Assembly (NCBI RefSeq): GCF_035348955.1
Contig: NZ_DAOPRM010000002.1
Direction: 5' to 3' (one strand)
Source: Ottowia sp.
Lineage (GTDB): Bacteria; Pseudomonadota; Gammaproteobacteria; Burkholderiales; Burkholderiaceae_C
DNA: 64,000 nucleotides
Every line of letters starts with the position of its first letter. Position 1 is the stretch's first letter. The position numbers and the translations under genes were made by a program. The notes beneath the pieces are model-generated. The model did not search any database. It worked only from the letters and a program-made list of their open reading frames with translations, and was not told the DNA's origin. Below, piece by piece: positions 40,465 to 49,140 of the stretch.

Positions 40465-41148
40465 ATGAAGATGAACAGGAAGCACGTGTTTGCGCTGTCG
40501 CTGGTGGCGGCGGTGGTGGTGGCCGGGTGTGCGGCGGGCGGCGGTGCGTCGTCCAGCGTGTCCATGACGTCGGCCGAACTCGACGCGCTGACGCGCAAGA
40601 TCGTCAACGAGTCGTTCCACGACAAGGGCATCGTCAAGGTGAAGACCGCCTTCGCCGACGACGAGACGCTGAAGGCGTGCAACGCCGCCGACGTGGCGGG
40701 CAAGCCGCTCGACGAAGCCACCGCCAAACGGCTGGAAGCGCTGAACCTGCAGACCATCAAATGGCCCACCGGTGGCAAGTATCTGGGCGACTGGAAGGAA
40801 GGCGAAAAGCTGGCGCAAAGCGGCCGCGGCATGACCTGGACTGACGACGCCAAGACCCCCAACGGCGGCAACTGCTACAACTGCCACCAGATCGACAAGA
40901 AGGAAATCTCCTTCGGCACCATTGGCCCCAGCCTCTACCACTACGGCAAGCTGCGCGGCGTGGCCGACCCGAACAGCCCGCAGTCGCAAGAGATCGTGAA
41001 GTACACCTGGGGCAAGATCTGGAACGCCAAGGCCTACAACGCCTGCTCCAACATGCCGCGCGCCGGCCACATGGGCATCTTGACCGAGAAGCAGGTGGCC
41101 GACGTCGTGGCGCTGCTGCTCGACCCCAAGTCGCCTGTGAACCAGTAA
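40465..41148 (+). CDS. soxX: SoxX (probable lipoprotein)
   Basis: VAGC lipobox, GGNCYNCHQ, GTIGPSL, CSNMPR. Confidence 0.95.
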   Translation: MKMNRKHVFALSLVAAVVVAGCAAGGGASSSVSMTSAELDALTRKIVNESFHDKGIVKVKTAFADDETLKACNAADVAGKPLDEATAKRLEALNLQTIKWPTGGKYLGDWKEGEKLAQSGRGMTWTDDAKTPNGGNCYNCHQIDKKEISFGTIGPSLYHYGKLRGVADPNSPQSQEIVKYTWGKIWNAKAYNACSNMPRAGHMGILTEKQVADVVALLLDPKSPVNQ

Positions 41149-41247
41149 CCCCCTGAGCCGCTTCGCGGCTTCCCCCTGAAAGGGGGACAACGCTGGTGGC
41201 CGGTGCAAGCCCGGCCACGGCGTTCCCGCATGGCCTGCTCCGCGGCC
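41149..41247 (+). repeat. Family A repeat directly after soxX stop
   Basis: ccccctgagccgcttcgcggcttccccctgaaagggggacaacgc..ggcgttccc..ggcctgctccgcggcc. Confidence 0.85.
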
Positions 41248-41264
41248 TTTTGAGAGCCTTGGAT

Positions 41265-42998
41265 ATGAACCTCACCAAACGCGAATTTCTGCAAGTCCTG
41301 AGTGCCGCCAGCGCAGCAGGCATGGGCCTTGGCAGCTATCAAAATGCAAGCGCACAGACGGCGGCCGAGGGGCTGTACGACATCCCCAAATTCGGCAACG
41401 TGTCGTTCCTGCACATCACCGACTGCCACGCGCAGCTCAAGCCCATCTACTTCCGCGAGCCCAGCGTCAATCTGGGCGTGGCCGACATGAAGGGCAAGCT
41501 GCCGCACCTGGTGGGCGAGCACCTGCTGAAGGTGGCCGGCGTCAAGCCCGGCACGGCCCAGGCGCACGCGCTGACCTACCTCGACTTCGAGCAGGCGGCG
41601 CAGCGCTACGGCAAGGTGGGCGGCTTTGCGCACCTGGCCACGCTGGTCAAGCGCCTGCGCGCCAGCCGCCCCGGCGCGCTGCTGCTGGACGGCGGCGACA
41701 CCTGGCAGGGCAGCGGCACGGCGCTGTGGACCAAGGGCCAGGACATGGTCGATGCCTGCAAGCTGCTCGGCGTCGATGTGATGACCGGCCACTGGGAATT
41801 CACCCTGGGCATGGACCGCGTGAAGGAAATCGTCGAGAAAGACTTTGCCGGCAAGGTCGACTTCGTCGCCCAGAACGTCAAGACACTCGACTTTGGCGAC
41901 CCGGTGTTCAAGCCCTACGTCATCAAGCCCATGAACGGCGTGCCGGTGGCCATCATCGGCCAGGCGTTTCCGTACACGCCCATCGCCAACCCGCGCTACA
42001 TGGTCAAGGACTGGGAATTCGGCATCCAGGACGAGAACATGCAGAAGATGGTCGACGAGGCCCGCGCCAAGGGCGCGCAGGTGGTGGTCGTCATCAGCCA
42101 CAACGGCATGGACGTCGATCTGAAGATGGCCAGCCGCGTGCGCGGCATCGACGCCATCATGGGCGGCCACACGCACGACGGCATGCCCGTGGCCAGCGTC
42201 ATCAAGAACGCCGGCGGCCAGACGCTGGTGACCAATGCCGGCAGCAACGGCAAATTCATCGGCGTGCTGGACTTTGACGTGAAGAACGGCAAGGTGGCCG
42301 ACTACCGCTACAAGCTGCTGCCCGTGTTTGCCAACATGCTGCCGGCCGACAAGGACATGGACGCGCTCATCACCAAAATCCGCGCCCCGTATGAAAGCAA
42401 ACTTGCCGAACAGCTGGGCGTGACCGAAGGCCTGCTGTACCGCCGCGGCAATTTCAACGGCACGGGCGACCAGCTCATCGTCGATGCCCTGATGGAAGCG
42501 CAGGGCGCGCAGATCGCCTTCTCGCCCGGCTTCCGCTGGGGCACCACGCTGCTGCCCGGCCAGCCCATCACGCGCGAATGGCTGCTGGACATGACCGCCA
42601 CCACCTACAGCTACGCCACGCTGACCGAGATGAAGGGCGAGATGCTCAAGACCATCCTCGAAGACGTGGCCGACAACCTGTTCAACCCCGACCCGTACTA
42701 CCAGCAAGGCGGCGACATGGTGCGCGTCGGCGGCCTGACCTACGCCTGCGACCCCCTGGCCAGCCAGGGCAAGCGCATCAGCGACATGCGCCTGAAGGGC
42801 CAGCCCATCGACGCCAGCAAGAACTACCTCGTCGCCGGCTGGGCGCCCGTCGCCGAAGACGCGTCGAAAGCCGGCAACAAGATGGTGTGGGACGTGATCG
42901 AGGACTGGCTCAAGTCCAAGGCCGGCAAGGTGACACCGCGCCAGGTCAACCAGCCCAAGCTGACCGGCGGGCTGCCGAATCCGGGGTATGCGGGCTGA
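41265..42998 (+). CDS. soxB: Thiosulfohydrolase SoxB
   Basis: KREFLQ Tat-like, HITDCHAQL, FREPSVNLG, DGGDTWQG, GGHTHD, QQGGDM. Confidence 0.97.
   Translation: MNLTKREFLQVLSAASAAGMGLGSYQNASAQTAAEGLYDIPKFGNVSFLHITDCHAQLKPIYFREPSVNLGVADMKGKLPHLVGEHLLKVAGVKPGTAQAHALTYLDFEQAAQRYGKVGGFAHLATLVKRLRASRPGALLLDGGDTWQGSGTALWTKGQDMVDACKLLGVDVMTGHWEFTLGMDRVKEIVEKDFAGKVDFVAQNVKTLDFGDPVFKPYVIKPMNGVPVAIIGQAFPYTPIANPRYMVKDWEFGIQDENMQKMVDEARAKGAQVVVVISHNGMDVDLKMASRVRGIDAIMGGHTHDGMPVASVIKNAGGQTLVTNAGSNGKFIGVLDFDVKNGKVADYRYKLLPVFANMLPADKDMDALITKIRAPYESKLAEQLGVTEGLLYRRGNFNGTGDQLIVDALMEAQGAQIAFSPGFRWGTTLLPGQPITREWLLDMTATTYSYATLTEMKGEMLKTILEDVADNLFNPDPYYQQGGDMVRVGGLTYACDPLASQGKRISDMRLKGQPIDASKNYLVAGWAPVAEDASKAGNKMVWDVIEDWLKSKAGKVTPRQVNQPKLTGGLPNPGYAG
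41286..41351 (-). repeat. Family B motif embedded in the soxB signal-peptide coding sequence
   Basis: rc: gcttgcattttgatagc-tgcca-aggc-ccatgcctgct-gcgc-tggcggcactcaggacttgcag. Confidence 0.7.
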
Positions 42999-43041
42999 GG
43001 GGTGGCTCAAGCGTCGGCCCGCGTCCCATGATCCGGCCGGC

Positions 43042-43070
43042 TTGACGGCGCAGATTTTTGTAGCTACATT
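43042..43070 (+). promoter_or_regulatory. Sigma70 promoter of the TA operon with palindromic operator
   Basis: TTGACG-N17-TACATT; TGTAGCTACA palindrome 43059-43068 overlaps -10. Confidence 0.65.
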
Positions 43071-43076
43071 AATTGC

Positions 43077-43388
43077 GTGCGGATTACTTGCGACCCCGAC
43101 AAGCGACAGCTGACGCTTTCGGAGCGAGGTTTGGACCTGATTCGGGCAAAAGAAGTTTTTGCGGGCCCGCACTTCACCCGCGCGGACGATCGCTTGGATT
43201 ACGGCGAACCTCGCTTCATCACGGCGGGTTGGCTTGATGCAAGACTGGTCGTTTTCGTATGGACGCCTCGCGGAAGCGCCAGGCGAATCATCAGCATGAG
43301 GTACTGCCATGAGCGCGAAGCCAAAAAACTCCGTCCGCACCTTGAACCAGACGGACGAAGCGCCCGAGATCACGGATGCCTGGATTGA
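43077..43388 (+). CDS. brnT: BrnT family toxin
   Basis: D..KR..T..ERGLD, DYGEPRFIT.G, VWTPRG..RRIISMR. Confidence 0.88.
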   Translation: MRITCDPDKRQLTLSERGLDLIRAKEVFAGPHFTRADDRLDYGEPRFITAGWLDARLVVFVWTPRGSARRIISMRYCHEREAKKLRPHLEPDGRSARDHGCLD

Positions 43389-43581
43389 GAGCGCTGATCT
43401 TTACCAGGGCGACAAGCTGGTGCGTCGTGGGCGCCCCAAGCTGGAACACCCCAAGCAACTGCTTTCTTTGCGCTTGCCGCCCCAGGTCATCGCACGCTGG
43501 AAGGCGTCGGGGCCTGGCTGGCAAAGCCGCATGGCGTCCACGTTGGAAAGTGCCGCGCCCAAAACAAGGTCTGCAGGTTAG
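43309..43581 (+). CDS. brnA: BrnA family antitoxin
   Basis: DEAPEITD, RRGRP, LSLRL...VIARWKASGPGWQSRM. Confidence 0.88.
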   Translation: MSAKPKNSVRTLNQTDEAPEITDAWIESADLYQGDKLVRRGRPKLEHPKQLLSLRLPPQVIARWKASGPGWQSRMASTLESAAPKTRSAG

Positions 43582-43659
43582 CTGGCTTCCAGCCGCTCTT
43601 GCTTTGCGGCGTCGTCCGAAAGTGGACACCCGCCTGGCTCGGGCGTCCAGCGTTGGGCT

Positions 43660-43722
43660 GCTTCTCTTTAGATAGCGCTTGGCGCTTGTTCTGAAAGCGC
43701 TTGCGGCTGATTAGACTGTCAA
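43660..43722 (+). repeat. Family B motif copy
   Basis: gcttctctttagatagc-gcttg-gcgc-ttgttctgaaa-gcgc-ttgcggctgattagac. Confidence 0.8.
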
Positions 43723-43738
43723 GGAACGGTTTTGCGAC

Positions 43739-45139
43739 TCAATCCCGCGTCACCCGCAGCACTTCCTCGCGGCTCGTGATGCCGCGCTCGATCAGCCGCT
43801 CGCCGTCGTCGCGCATCAGCGTCATGCCCTTGGCCAGTGCGGCGGCGCGGATGTCGGCTTCGCCGGCTTGGGCGTGGATGCGGGCGCGGATGTCGTCGTC
43901 GACCGTGAGCAACTCGAACACGCCGGTGCGGCCCTGGTAGCCGGTGTGGCCGCAGGCGTCGCAGCCGGCGCCGTGGCAGGCGGCGCAGTATTTGCGCACC
44001 AGCCGCTGCGCCAGCACGCCCAGCAGCGAGCTGGACAGCAGGAAGGGTTCGACGCCCATGTCGATCAGGCGGGTGACGGCGCTGGCGGCGTCGTTGGTGT
44101 GCAACGTGGCCAGCACCAGGTGGCCGGTCAGGCTGGCCTGGATGGCGATCTGCGCGGTTTCGATGTCGCGGATTTCGCCGATCATGACGATGTCCGGGTC
44201 TTGCCGCAGGATGGCGCGCAGGGCGCGGGCAAAGGTCAGCTCGATGCGCGGGTTGACCTGCGTCTGGCCAACGCCGGGCAGGTCGTACTCGATCGGGTCT
44301 TCCACCGTCATGATGTTGTTGCGGTGGGCGTCCAGCCGCGCCAGGCTGGCGTACAGCGTGGTGGTCTTGCCGCTGCCGGTGGGGCCGGTGACCAGGATGA
44401 TGCCGTGCGGCTGGCCGATCAGATGCTCGAATTTTTGTAGCACGCTGCCCTGCATGCCGACGGCTTCCAGGCTCAGTTTGCTTTCAGACTTGTCGAGCAG
44501 GCGCAGCACCGCGCGTTCGCCGTGCGCGCTGGGTAGGGTGGACACGCGCACGTCGATGGCTCTTGTCCCTAAGCGCAGGCTGATGCGGCCGTCCTGCGGC
44601 AGGCGCTTTTCGGCGATGTCGAGGTCCGCCATGATCTTCAGGCGGCTGATGAGCGCGGCGTGCAGCGCGCGATTGGGCTGCACCACCTCGCGCAGCGCGC
44701 CGTCGACGCGAAAGCGCACGCTGCTGTGGCGCTCGTACGCTTCGATGTGAATGTCGCTGGCGCCGTCGCGCGCGGCCTGCGTCAGCAGCGCGTTCAGCAT
44801 GCGGATGATGGGCGCGTCGTCGGCGCTTTCCAGCAGGTCTTCAACCGCGGGCAGCTCCTGCATGATGCGCGACAGGTCGGCGTCGCTCTCGACTTCGCTC
44901 ACCACGGCAGCGGCGCTGCTTTCGCTTTGTGAATAGGCGGTGCTGATGCGCTGCGCCAGACGGTGCGGCTCGTCCTGCTGCAGGGCCAACGGCAGTGCGC
45001 CGTTGCCGTGGCGGCGCATCACCTCGCTCAGGTGCCCGGCGTCGGGACGGCCGTCATGCCAGAGCGTCAGCGCCTGGCCGTCGTCTTCGAGCAGCAGCCG
45101 CGCGGTGCGCGCGAAGGCGTAGGGCAGCGGGTAGCGCAT
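43739..45139 (-). CDS. gspE: T2SS ATPase GspE
   Basis: [42 protein letters not shown]. Confidence 0.95.
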   Translation of the reverse strand: MRYPLPYAFARTARLLLEDDGQALTLWHDGRPDAGHLSEVMRRHGNGALPLALQQDEPHRLAQRISTAYSQSESSAAAVVSEVESDADLSRIMQELPAVEDLLESADDAPIIRMLNALLTQAARDGASDIHIEAYERHSSVRFRVDGALREVVQPNRALHAALISRLKIMADLDIAEKRLPQDGRISLRLGTRAIDVRVSTLPSAHGERAVLRLLDKSESKLSLEAVGMQGSVLQKFEHLIGQPHGIILVTGPTGSGKTTTLYASLARLDAHRNNIMTVEDPIEYDLPGVGQTQVNPRIELTFARALRAILRQDPDIVMIGEIRDIETAQIAIQASLTGHLVLATLHTNDAASAVTRLIDMGVEPFLLSSSLLGVLAQRLVRKYCAACHGAGCDACGHTGYQGRTGVFELLTVDDDIRARIHAQAGEADIRAAALAKGMTLMRDDGERLIERGITSREEVLRVTRD

Positions 45140-45154
45140 GCGCGTCGGCCAGCC

Positions 45155-47569
45155 CTAGGGCGTTCGGAAGGTGGTGCCGCCGTAGTAGTTGCCTTCGCCG
45201 GCGGCCGGCCCGCTGCTCATGCCGTGCTGGCCGCGCAGGGGCGGCGGTGGCGCGGGGCGCGTCCACGCCTCGGGGTTGGCGGGCACCAGCGGCGGCATGA
45301 CGGGCGCCTCGTTGACGGGCATGGCGGCGCTGGGCTGCGGCTGGTTGGCCTGCTGCGCGGCGCGCATGTAGTCGTAGCGGTCGAGCGAGAAGGCCTCGGT
45401 GGCCGCGGCGTCGCGCACGATGACCGGGCGCAGGAAGACCATCAGATTGGTCTTGATCAGCTTGCGGTTGCGGTTCTTGAACAGGTTGCCCAGCACGGGC
45501 ACGTCGCCCAGCAGCGGCACCTTGTCTTCGCCTTCGCTGAACTGGTCTTCCATCAGGCCGCCCAGCACGACGACGGCGCCGTCGTCCACCAGCACGCTGG
45601 ATTCGATGGCGCGCTTGTTGGTGGTGGGGCCCGACAGGCTGGCCGCGGTGGCGGGGTCGACGCTGGAGGTCTCCTGGTAGATCACCATCTTGACCGTGCC
45701 GTTTTCGTTGATCTGCGGGCGCACGCGCAGGGTCAGCCCGACGTCCTTGCGCTCGTAGGTCTGAAACGGGTTGACGGTGCCGCCGCTGGCGCCGGTGTTG
45801 GTGAAGCTGCCGGTGGGCATGGGCACGTTCTGGCCCACCATGATCTTGGCTTCTTCATTGTCCAGCGTCAGCAGCGTGGGGGTGGACAGCACGTTGCCCG
45901 CGCCACTGGTCTGGATGAAGTTGGCCAGCAGCATCAGGTTGCGCGTGCCCAGCGCAAAGTTGAAGCCGGTGTTGGGCTTGGCCGCCAGCAGGCTGCTGAC
46001 GGTGTTGTTGTTGACGTAGTTGGTCACTGCGCCGGCCACGTCGAAGATGTTGGTGTTGGGCGTCATCGGCGAGGTGGCACGCCCCGACGAATAGTTGGTG
46101 CCCAGCACGCCGATGGTGTTGCGGCCGTTGCCCAGCAGCTGCTGCCACTGCACGCCCAGGTCGGCCGCCTTGCTCATGCTGACCTCGGCGATCAGGCTTT
46201 CGACGTAGACCTGCGCGCGGCGCTGGTCCAGCCGGTCGATGACGGCGCGCAATTCGCGGTACACCGGCTCGGCCGCGCTGATGATGAGCGAGTTGGTCGC
46301 CGGGTCGGCCTGAATCTGGCCGCCGGTGGCCGGCTGGTTGTTGGCGGCGGCGTTGATGCTCGGCCCGGTGGCCAGGCCGCCCGCGGTGCCGCCCATCTGC
46401 GCGCCGGCCAGCATCTGGTTGATGCCTGCCGGGCTGCTGGGGATGGCGCTGCCCGTGCCCCCCACCGCGCCGGCGGACGGCGTCTGCCCCGGCAGCGCCG
46501 CCAGCGCGGCGCGCAGCGTGACGGCCAGCTTGGCGGCGTCGGCGTTCTTCAGGTAGACGACGTGGATGTTGCCGGTGCTGCCGTCGGCGCGCACCTGCGG
46601 CGGCTGGTCGAGCTGCTGGATCAGCGTCTTGGCCAGCGCCAGCCGCGCCGGGTTGGCGGCGCGCACGATGATGGCGTTGCTGCGCGGCTCGGGCACCAGC
46701 GTGGTGCGGTAGCCACTGTCGCCGCCGCCCAGGGCCGCCGCGACGGGCATGGCGGGCTGCCCCGGCGCCGCGGTCGCGGGCGCGCCGCCGGCGCCCGAAT
46801 CGATGAGCCGCGCCACCAGCGGCGCCAGGTCAGACGCCACCGCGTGGCGCAGGCGAACCACTTCGACCCCGGTGGCGTTGGACACGTCCAGCGCCGCGAT
46901 GATGCGGGCCAGGCGCTGCAGGTTGTCGCCGTAGTCGGTGATGACCAGCGCGTTGGTGCCGGGGTTGACGTTGATGGTGTTGTTGGGGCTGATCAGCGGG
47001 CGCAGCACCGGCACCAGGTTGTTGGCGTTCTCGTGCGTCAGGCGGAATATCTGCGTCTGCACCTGCCCGCCGCCGCGCACCGCGCCGGCCGATACGCTGG
47101 ACGCCTGCAGCTTGGCGTCGGATTCGGGCAGGACCAGCACCATGCCGCTGGATTCAAGCAGCGCGAAGCCCTGCGTGCGCAATTGCGCGCCAAACAGCCG
47201 CAGCGCCTGAGCCGGCGACACCGGCGTGGTGCTGGTCAGCGTCATGGTGCCCTTGACGCGCGGGTCCACCACCACGTTGCGCCCGGTGATGGTGGCCATG
47301 GTGCGCGCCACGGCGTCGATCTCGGCGTTGGCAAAGTCCAGCGTGACGTTGCCGCCGCCGCTGGCCGCGCTCTGCGCCATGGCTGGTGCCAGCGGCAGCG
47401 CCGTGGCCAGCGCCAGCAGCACGGCCAGCGCCGTGCGCGCGGCGCGCGGCGGGGGAGTGATGCAAAAGGCGCGTGGCATGGGCGGACGTGACCAGAAAGC
47501 TATGGGTAATGTAGCAAATGGCCGCCGGGGGGCGGGCGCCGGGGCGGTATCTTGATGCAAAAAAGCCAT
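45155..47569 (-). CDS. gspD: T2SS secretin GspD
   Basis: VVDPRVKG, LRPLISP, QVYVESLIAEV, LDNEEA, KVPLLGDVP; start 47569 or 47479. Confidence 0.95.
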   Translation of the reverse strand: MAFLHQDTAPAPAPRRPFATLPIAFWSRPPMPRAFCITPPPRAARTALAVLLALATALPLAPAMAQSAASGGGNVTLDFANAEIDAVARTMATITGRNVVVDPRVKGTMTLTSTTPVSPAQALRLFGAQLRTQGFALLESSGMVLVLPESDAKLQASSVSAGAVRGGGQVQTQIFRLTHENANNLVPVLRPLISPNNTINVNPGTNALVITDYGDNLQRLARIIAALDVSNATGVEVVRLRHAVASDLAPLVARLIDSGAGGAPATAAPGQPAMPVAAALGGGDSGYRTTLVPEPRSNAIIVRAANPARLALAKTLIQQLDQPPQVRADGSTGNIHVVYLKNADAAKLAVTLRAALAALPGQTPSAGAVGGTGSAIPSSPAGINQMLAGAQMGGTAGGLATGPSINAAANNQPATGGQIQADPATNSLIISAAEPVYRELRAVIDRLDQRRAQVYVESLIAEVSMSKAADLGVQWQQLLGNGRNTIGVLGTNYSSGRATSPMTPNTNIFDVAGAVTNYVNNNTVSSLLAAKPNTGFNFALGTRNLMLLANFIQTSGAGNVLSTPTLLTLDNEEAKIMVGQNVPMPTGSFTNTGASGGTVNPFQTYERKDVGLTLRVRPQINENGTVKMVIYQETSSVDPATAASLSGPTTNKRAIESSVLVDDGAVVVLGGLMEDQFSEGEDKVPLLGDVPVLGNLFKNRNRKLIKTNLMVFLRPVIVRDAAATEAFSLDRYDYMRAAQQANQPQPSAAMPVNEAPVMPPLVPANPEAWTRPAPPPPLRGQHGMSSGPAAGEGNYYGGTTFRTP
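47499..47562 (+). repeat. Family B motif copy at the gspD 5' end
   Basis: gctatgggtaatgtagc-aaatg-gccg-ccggggggcgg-gcgc-cggggcggtatcttgatgcaaaa. Confidence 0.65.
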
Positions 47570-47603
47570 AAGTGCAGATCACTTGCGTGCGAGGCGCCGG
47601 CCG

Positions 47604-48413
47604 TCAGCCCAGCGATATCAGCGCCCGGTTGCCCTGGCGGCGGCCCAGCAGGTTGAGCAGGTTGGCCAGCTGCGCCTCCTGGCCGGGGGCGGCGCTGGCC
47701 TCGCCCGTAAAGCGCAGGCGCGAGCCGACCCAGCGGCCGCTGCCCGACAGCTGCAGCGCGCCTTCCAGCGTGGACAGCTCCATCGACACCGCGTCGCCAC
47801 CGCGCAGCTGCACGCGGTACGAACCGAGGGGTTGCAGCGTCGACAGGCGCGACGACAGCTGGCGCAGCGTCAGGTCGGCGCCGCCAGCCATGCTGGCGCG
47901 GCCGGCACGCCATTCGGCCGCCAGGCCCTGTGTGGCCAGCGTCAGCTCGCCCTGCGGCTGGACGGTGTTGAACGGGGTGCCCAGCCCGGCCAGCAGCGCG
48001 GCGGGCCATTGTGTCTGCGCGTCGGCCAGCAGCAGCCGCGCGCCGCCCCACAGCGGGCTGATGCGCATGGCCAGCGGCGCCGCGGGCGTGCAGCAGTCGG
48101 CGCGCAGGTCCAGCCGCAGCGCGCCCAGCGCCGGCCGCAGCCGCCAGTGCACCTGGCCGGGCAGGGCGCTGCGGTCCTGGCTGCCCGCGCCGCCCGTCAC
48201 CAGCAGGCGGGCCGAGCCGTTCCACAGGCTGCCGGTCGGTTCGGCCAACTGCAGCATGCCGCCTGTGCCCCGCGCCACCCCTTCAGCCAACCAGCGCGCC
48301 GGGGCCGCCAGCACGCCCACCAGCAACAAGCCCAGCAGCAAGCCTGCAAATGCCCAGCCCCAAGGGGCGCGGGTCGAGGGTGCGGCAGGTGCTGCACGGC
48401 GCAGCGTCCTCAT
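47604..48413 (-). CDS. gspN: T2SS protein GspN
   Basis: N-terminal TM, APARWL, GSLWNGSA, GLGTPFNT, PLGSY. Confidence 0.85.
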   Translation of the reverse strand: MRTLRRAAPAAPSTRAPWGWAFAGLLLGLLLVGVLAAPARWLAEGVARGTGGMLQLAEPTGSLWNGSARLLVTGGAGSQDRSALPGQVHWRLRPALGALRLDLRADCCTPAAPLAMRISPLWGGARLLLADAQTQWPAALLAGLGTPFNTVQPQGELTLATQGLAAEWRAGRASMAGGADLTLRQLSSRLSTLQPLGSYRVQLRGGDAVSMELSTLEGALQLSGSGRWVGSRLRFTGEASAAPGQEAQLANLLNLLGRRQGNRALISLG

Positions 48414-48610
48414 ATCGCGACGTCCCCGCCAATGCCCGAAGCGAAGCGGCCGCCAAAGCGCCCGTCATGCCCCGTGCCGCTCCACATGTCCGATGGCCGC
48501 GGAGCAGGCCACGCGTGGGCGCCGTGGCCGGGCTTGCACCGGCCAGGGGCGCCGTCCCCCTCCCATAGGAGAGGGGGAAGACGCCACAGGCGTCTCAGGG
48601 GGTGCGTCAT
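48410..48610 (-). other. 66-aa repeat-derived bridge ORF overlapping gspM stop and gspN start (ATGA at both ends)
   Basis: tcat at 48607-48610 and 48410-48413; open frame MTHPLRR...GDVAI. Confidence 0.5.
48495..48602 (-). repeat. Family A repeat after gspM stop
   Basis: rc ccccctgagacgcctgtggcgtcttccccctctcctatgggagggggacggcgcc..ggcctgctccgcggcc. Confidence 0.85.
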
Positions 48611-49140
48611 GGAATCCCCAGCGCCACCGTGCCGTTCCACAGCACCGGCGCCCCCGGCGCGTTGTCGCCGGCGCGGGTCAGGCGCGCCTCGACGGGGTTG
48701 GCGCGCGCGTTGGCGCGGGCGTCGGCCAGCCATTGCGCCAGCGCGTCGGCGGGCGCCTGCTTCAGCACCACGTTGGCGCGGTCGCCCACCACGCTCAGCT
48801 GGGCGTTGGCGCCCAGCCGCTGCTTGACGGTGGCTTCCAGCGCGTGCAGCGCCTCGTCGCGGCCCAGCTTGGGCAGCGCCTTCAGCGATTCGGCCTCGTC
48901 GCGCAACTGCTGCAGGCGCTGCGACTGGGCGGCCAGTTCGGTGCGCTGCGCCTCGGCCTGGCGCAGCGTGCGCAGCGCGGGCGCCAGTGCCAGCAGCCAC
49001 AGCAGGGCCAGCGCGACCACCGCAGCAGCCAGCGCCACCAGACGGCGTTCGCGCGCGTCCAGCCGGGCCCAGGCGGCGCGCGCGCGGGCCGGGGCGCTGC
49101 CGGGCGCGGCGGTGGTGGGGCGGCGGGCCAGCGTGCTCAT
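48607..49140 (-). CDS. gspM: T2SS protein GspM
   Basis: W..L..RERRL + TM, LAQWLADAR.NAR, WNGTV; ATGA overlap with gspL. Confidence 0.88.
   Translation of the reverse strand: MSTLARRPTTAAPGSAPARARAAWARLDARERRLVALAAAVVALALLWLLALAPALRTLRQAEAQRTELAAQSQRLQQLRDEAESLKALPKLGRDEALHALEATVKQRLGANAQLSVVGDRANVVLKQAPADALAQWLADARANARANPVEARLTRAGDNAPGAPVLWNGTVALGIP

Noticed and set aside
38981-41264. Bridge-ORF relay across the family A copies at soxY-soxZ and soxX-soxB
   Set aside because: No start codon overlaps the upstream TAA. These are counter-examples showing the relay is not universal.
41196-41264. N-terminal extensions in the ORF track for soxB (also cytochrome c4 from 30874 and soxA from 39584)
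   Set aside because: They run through repeat or terminator DNA; downstream ATGs give normal signal peptides.
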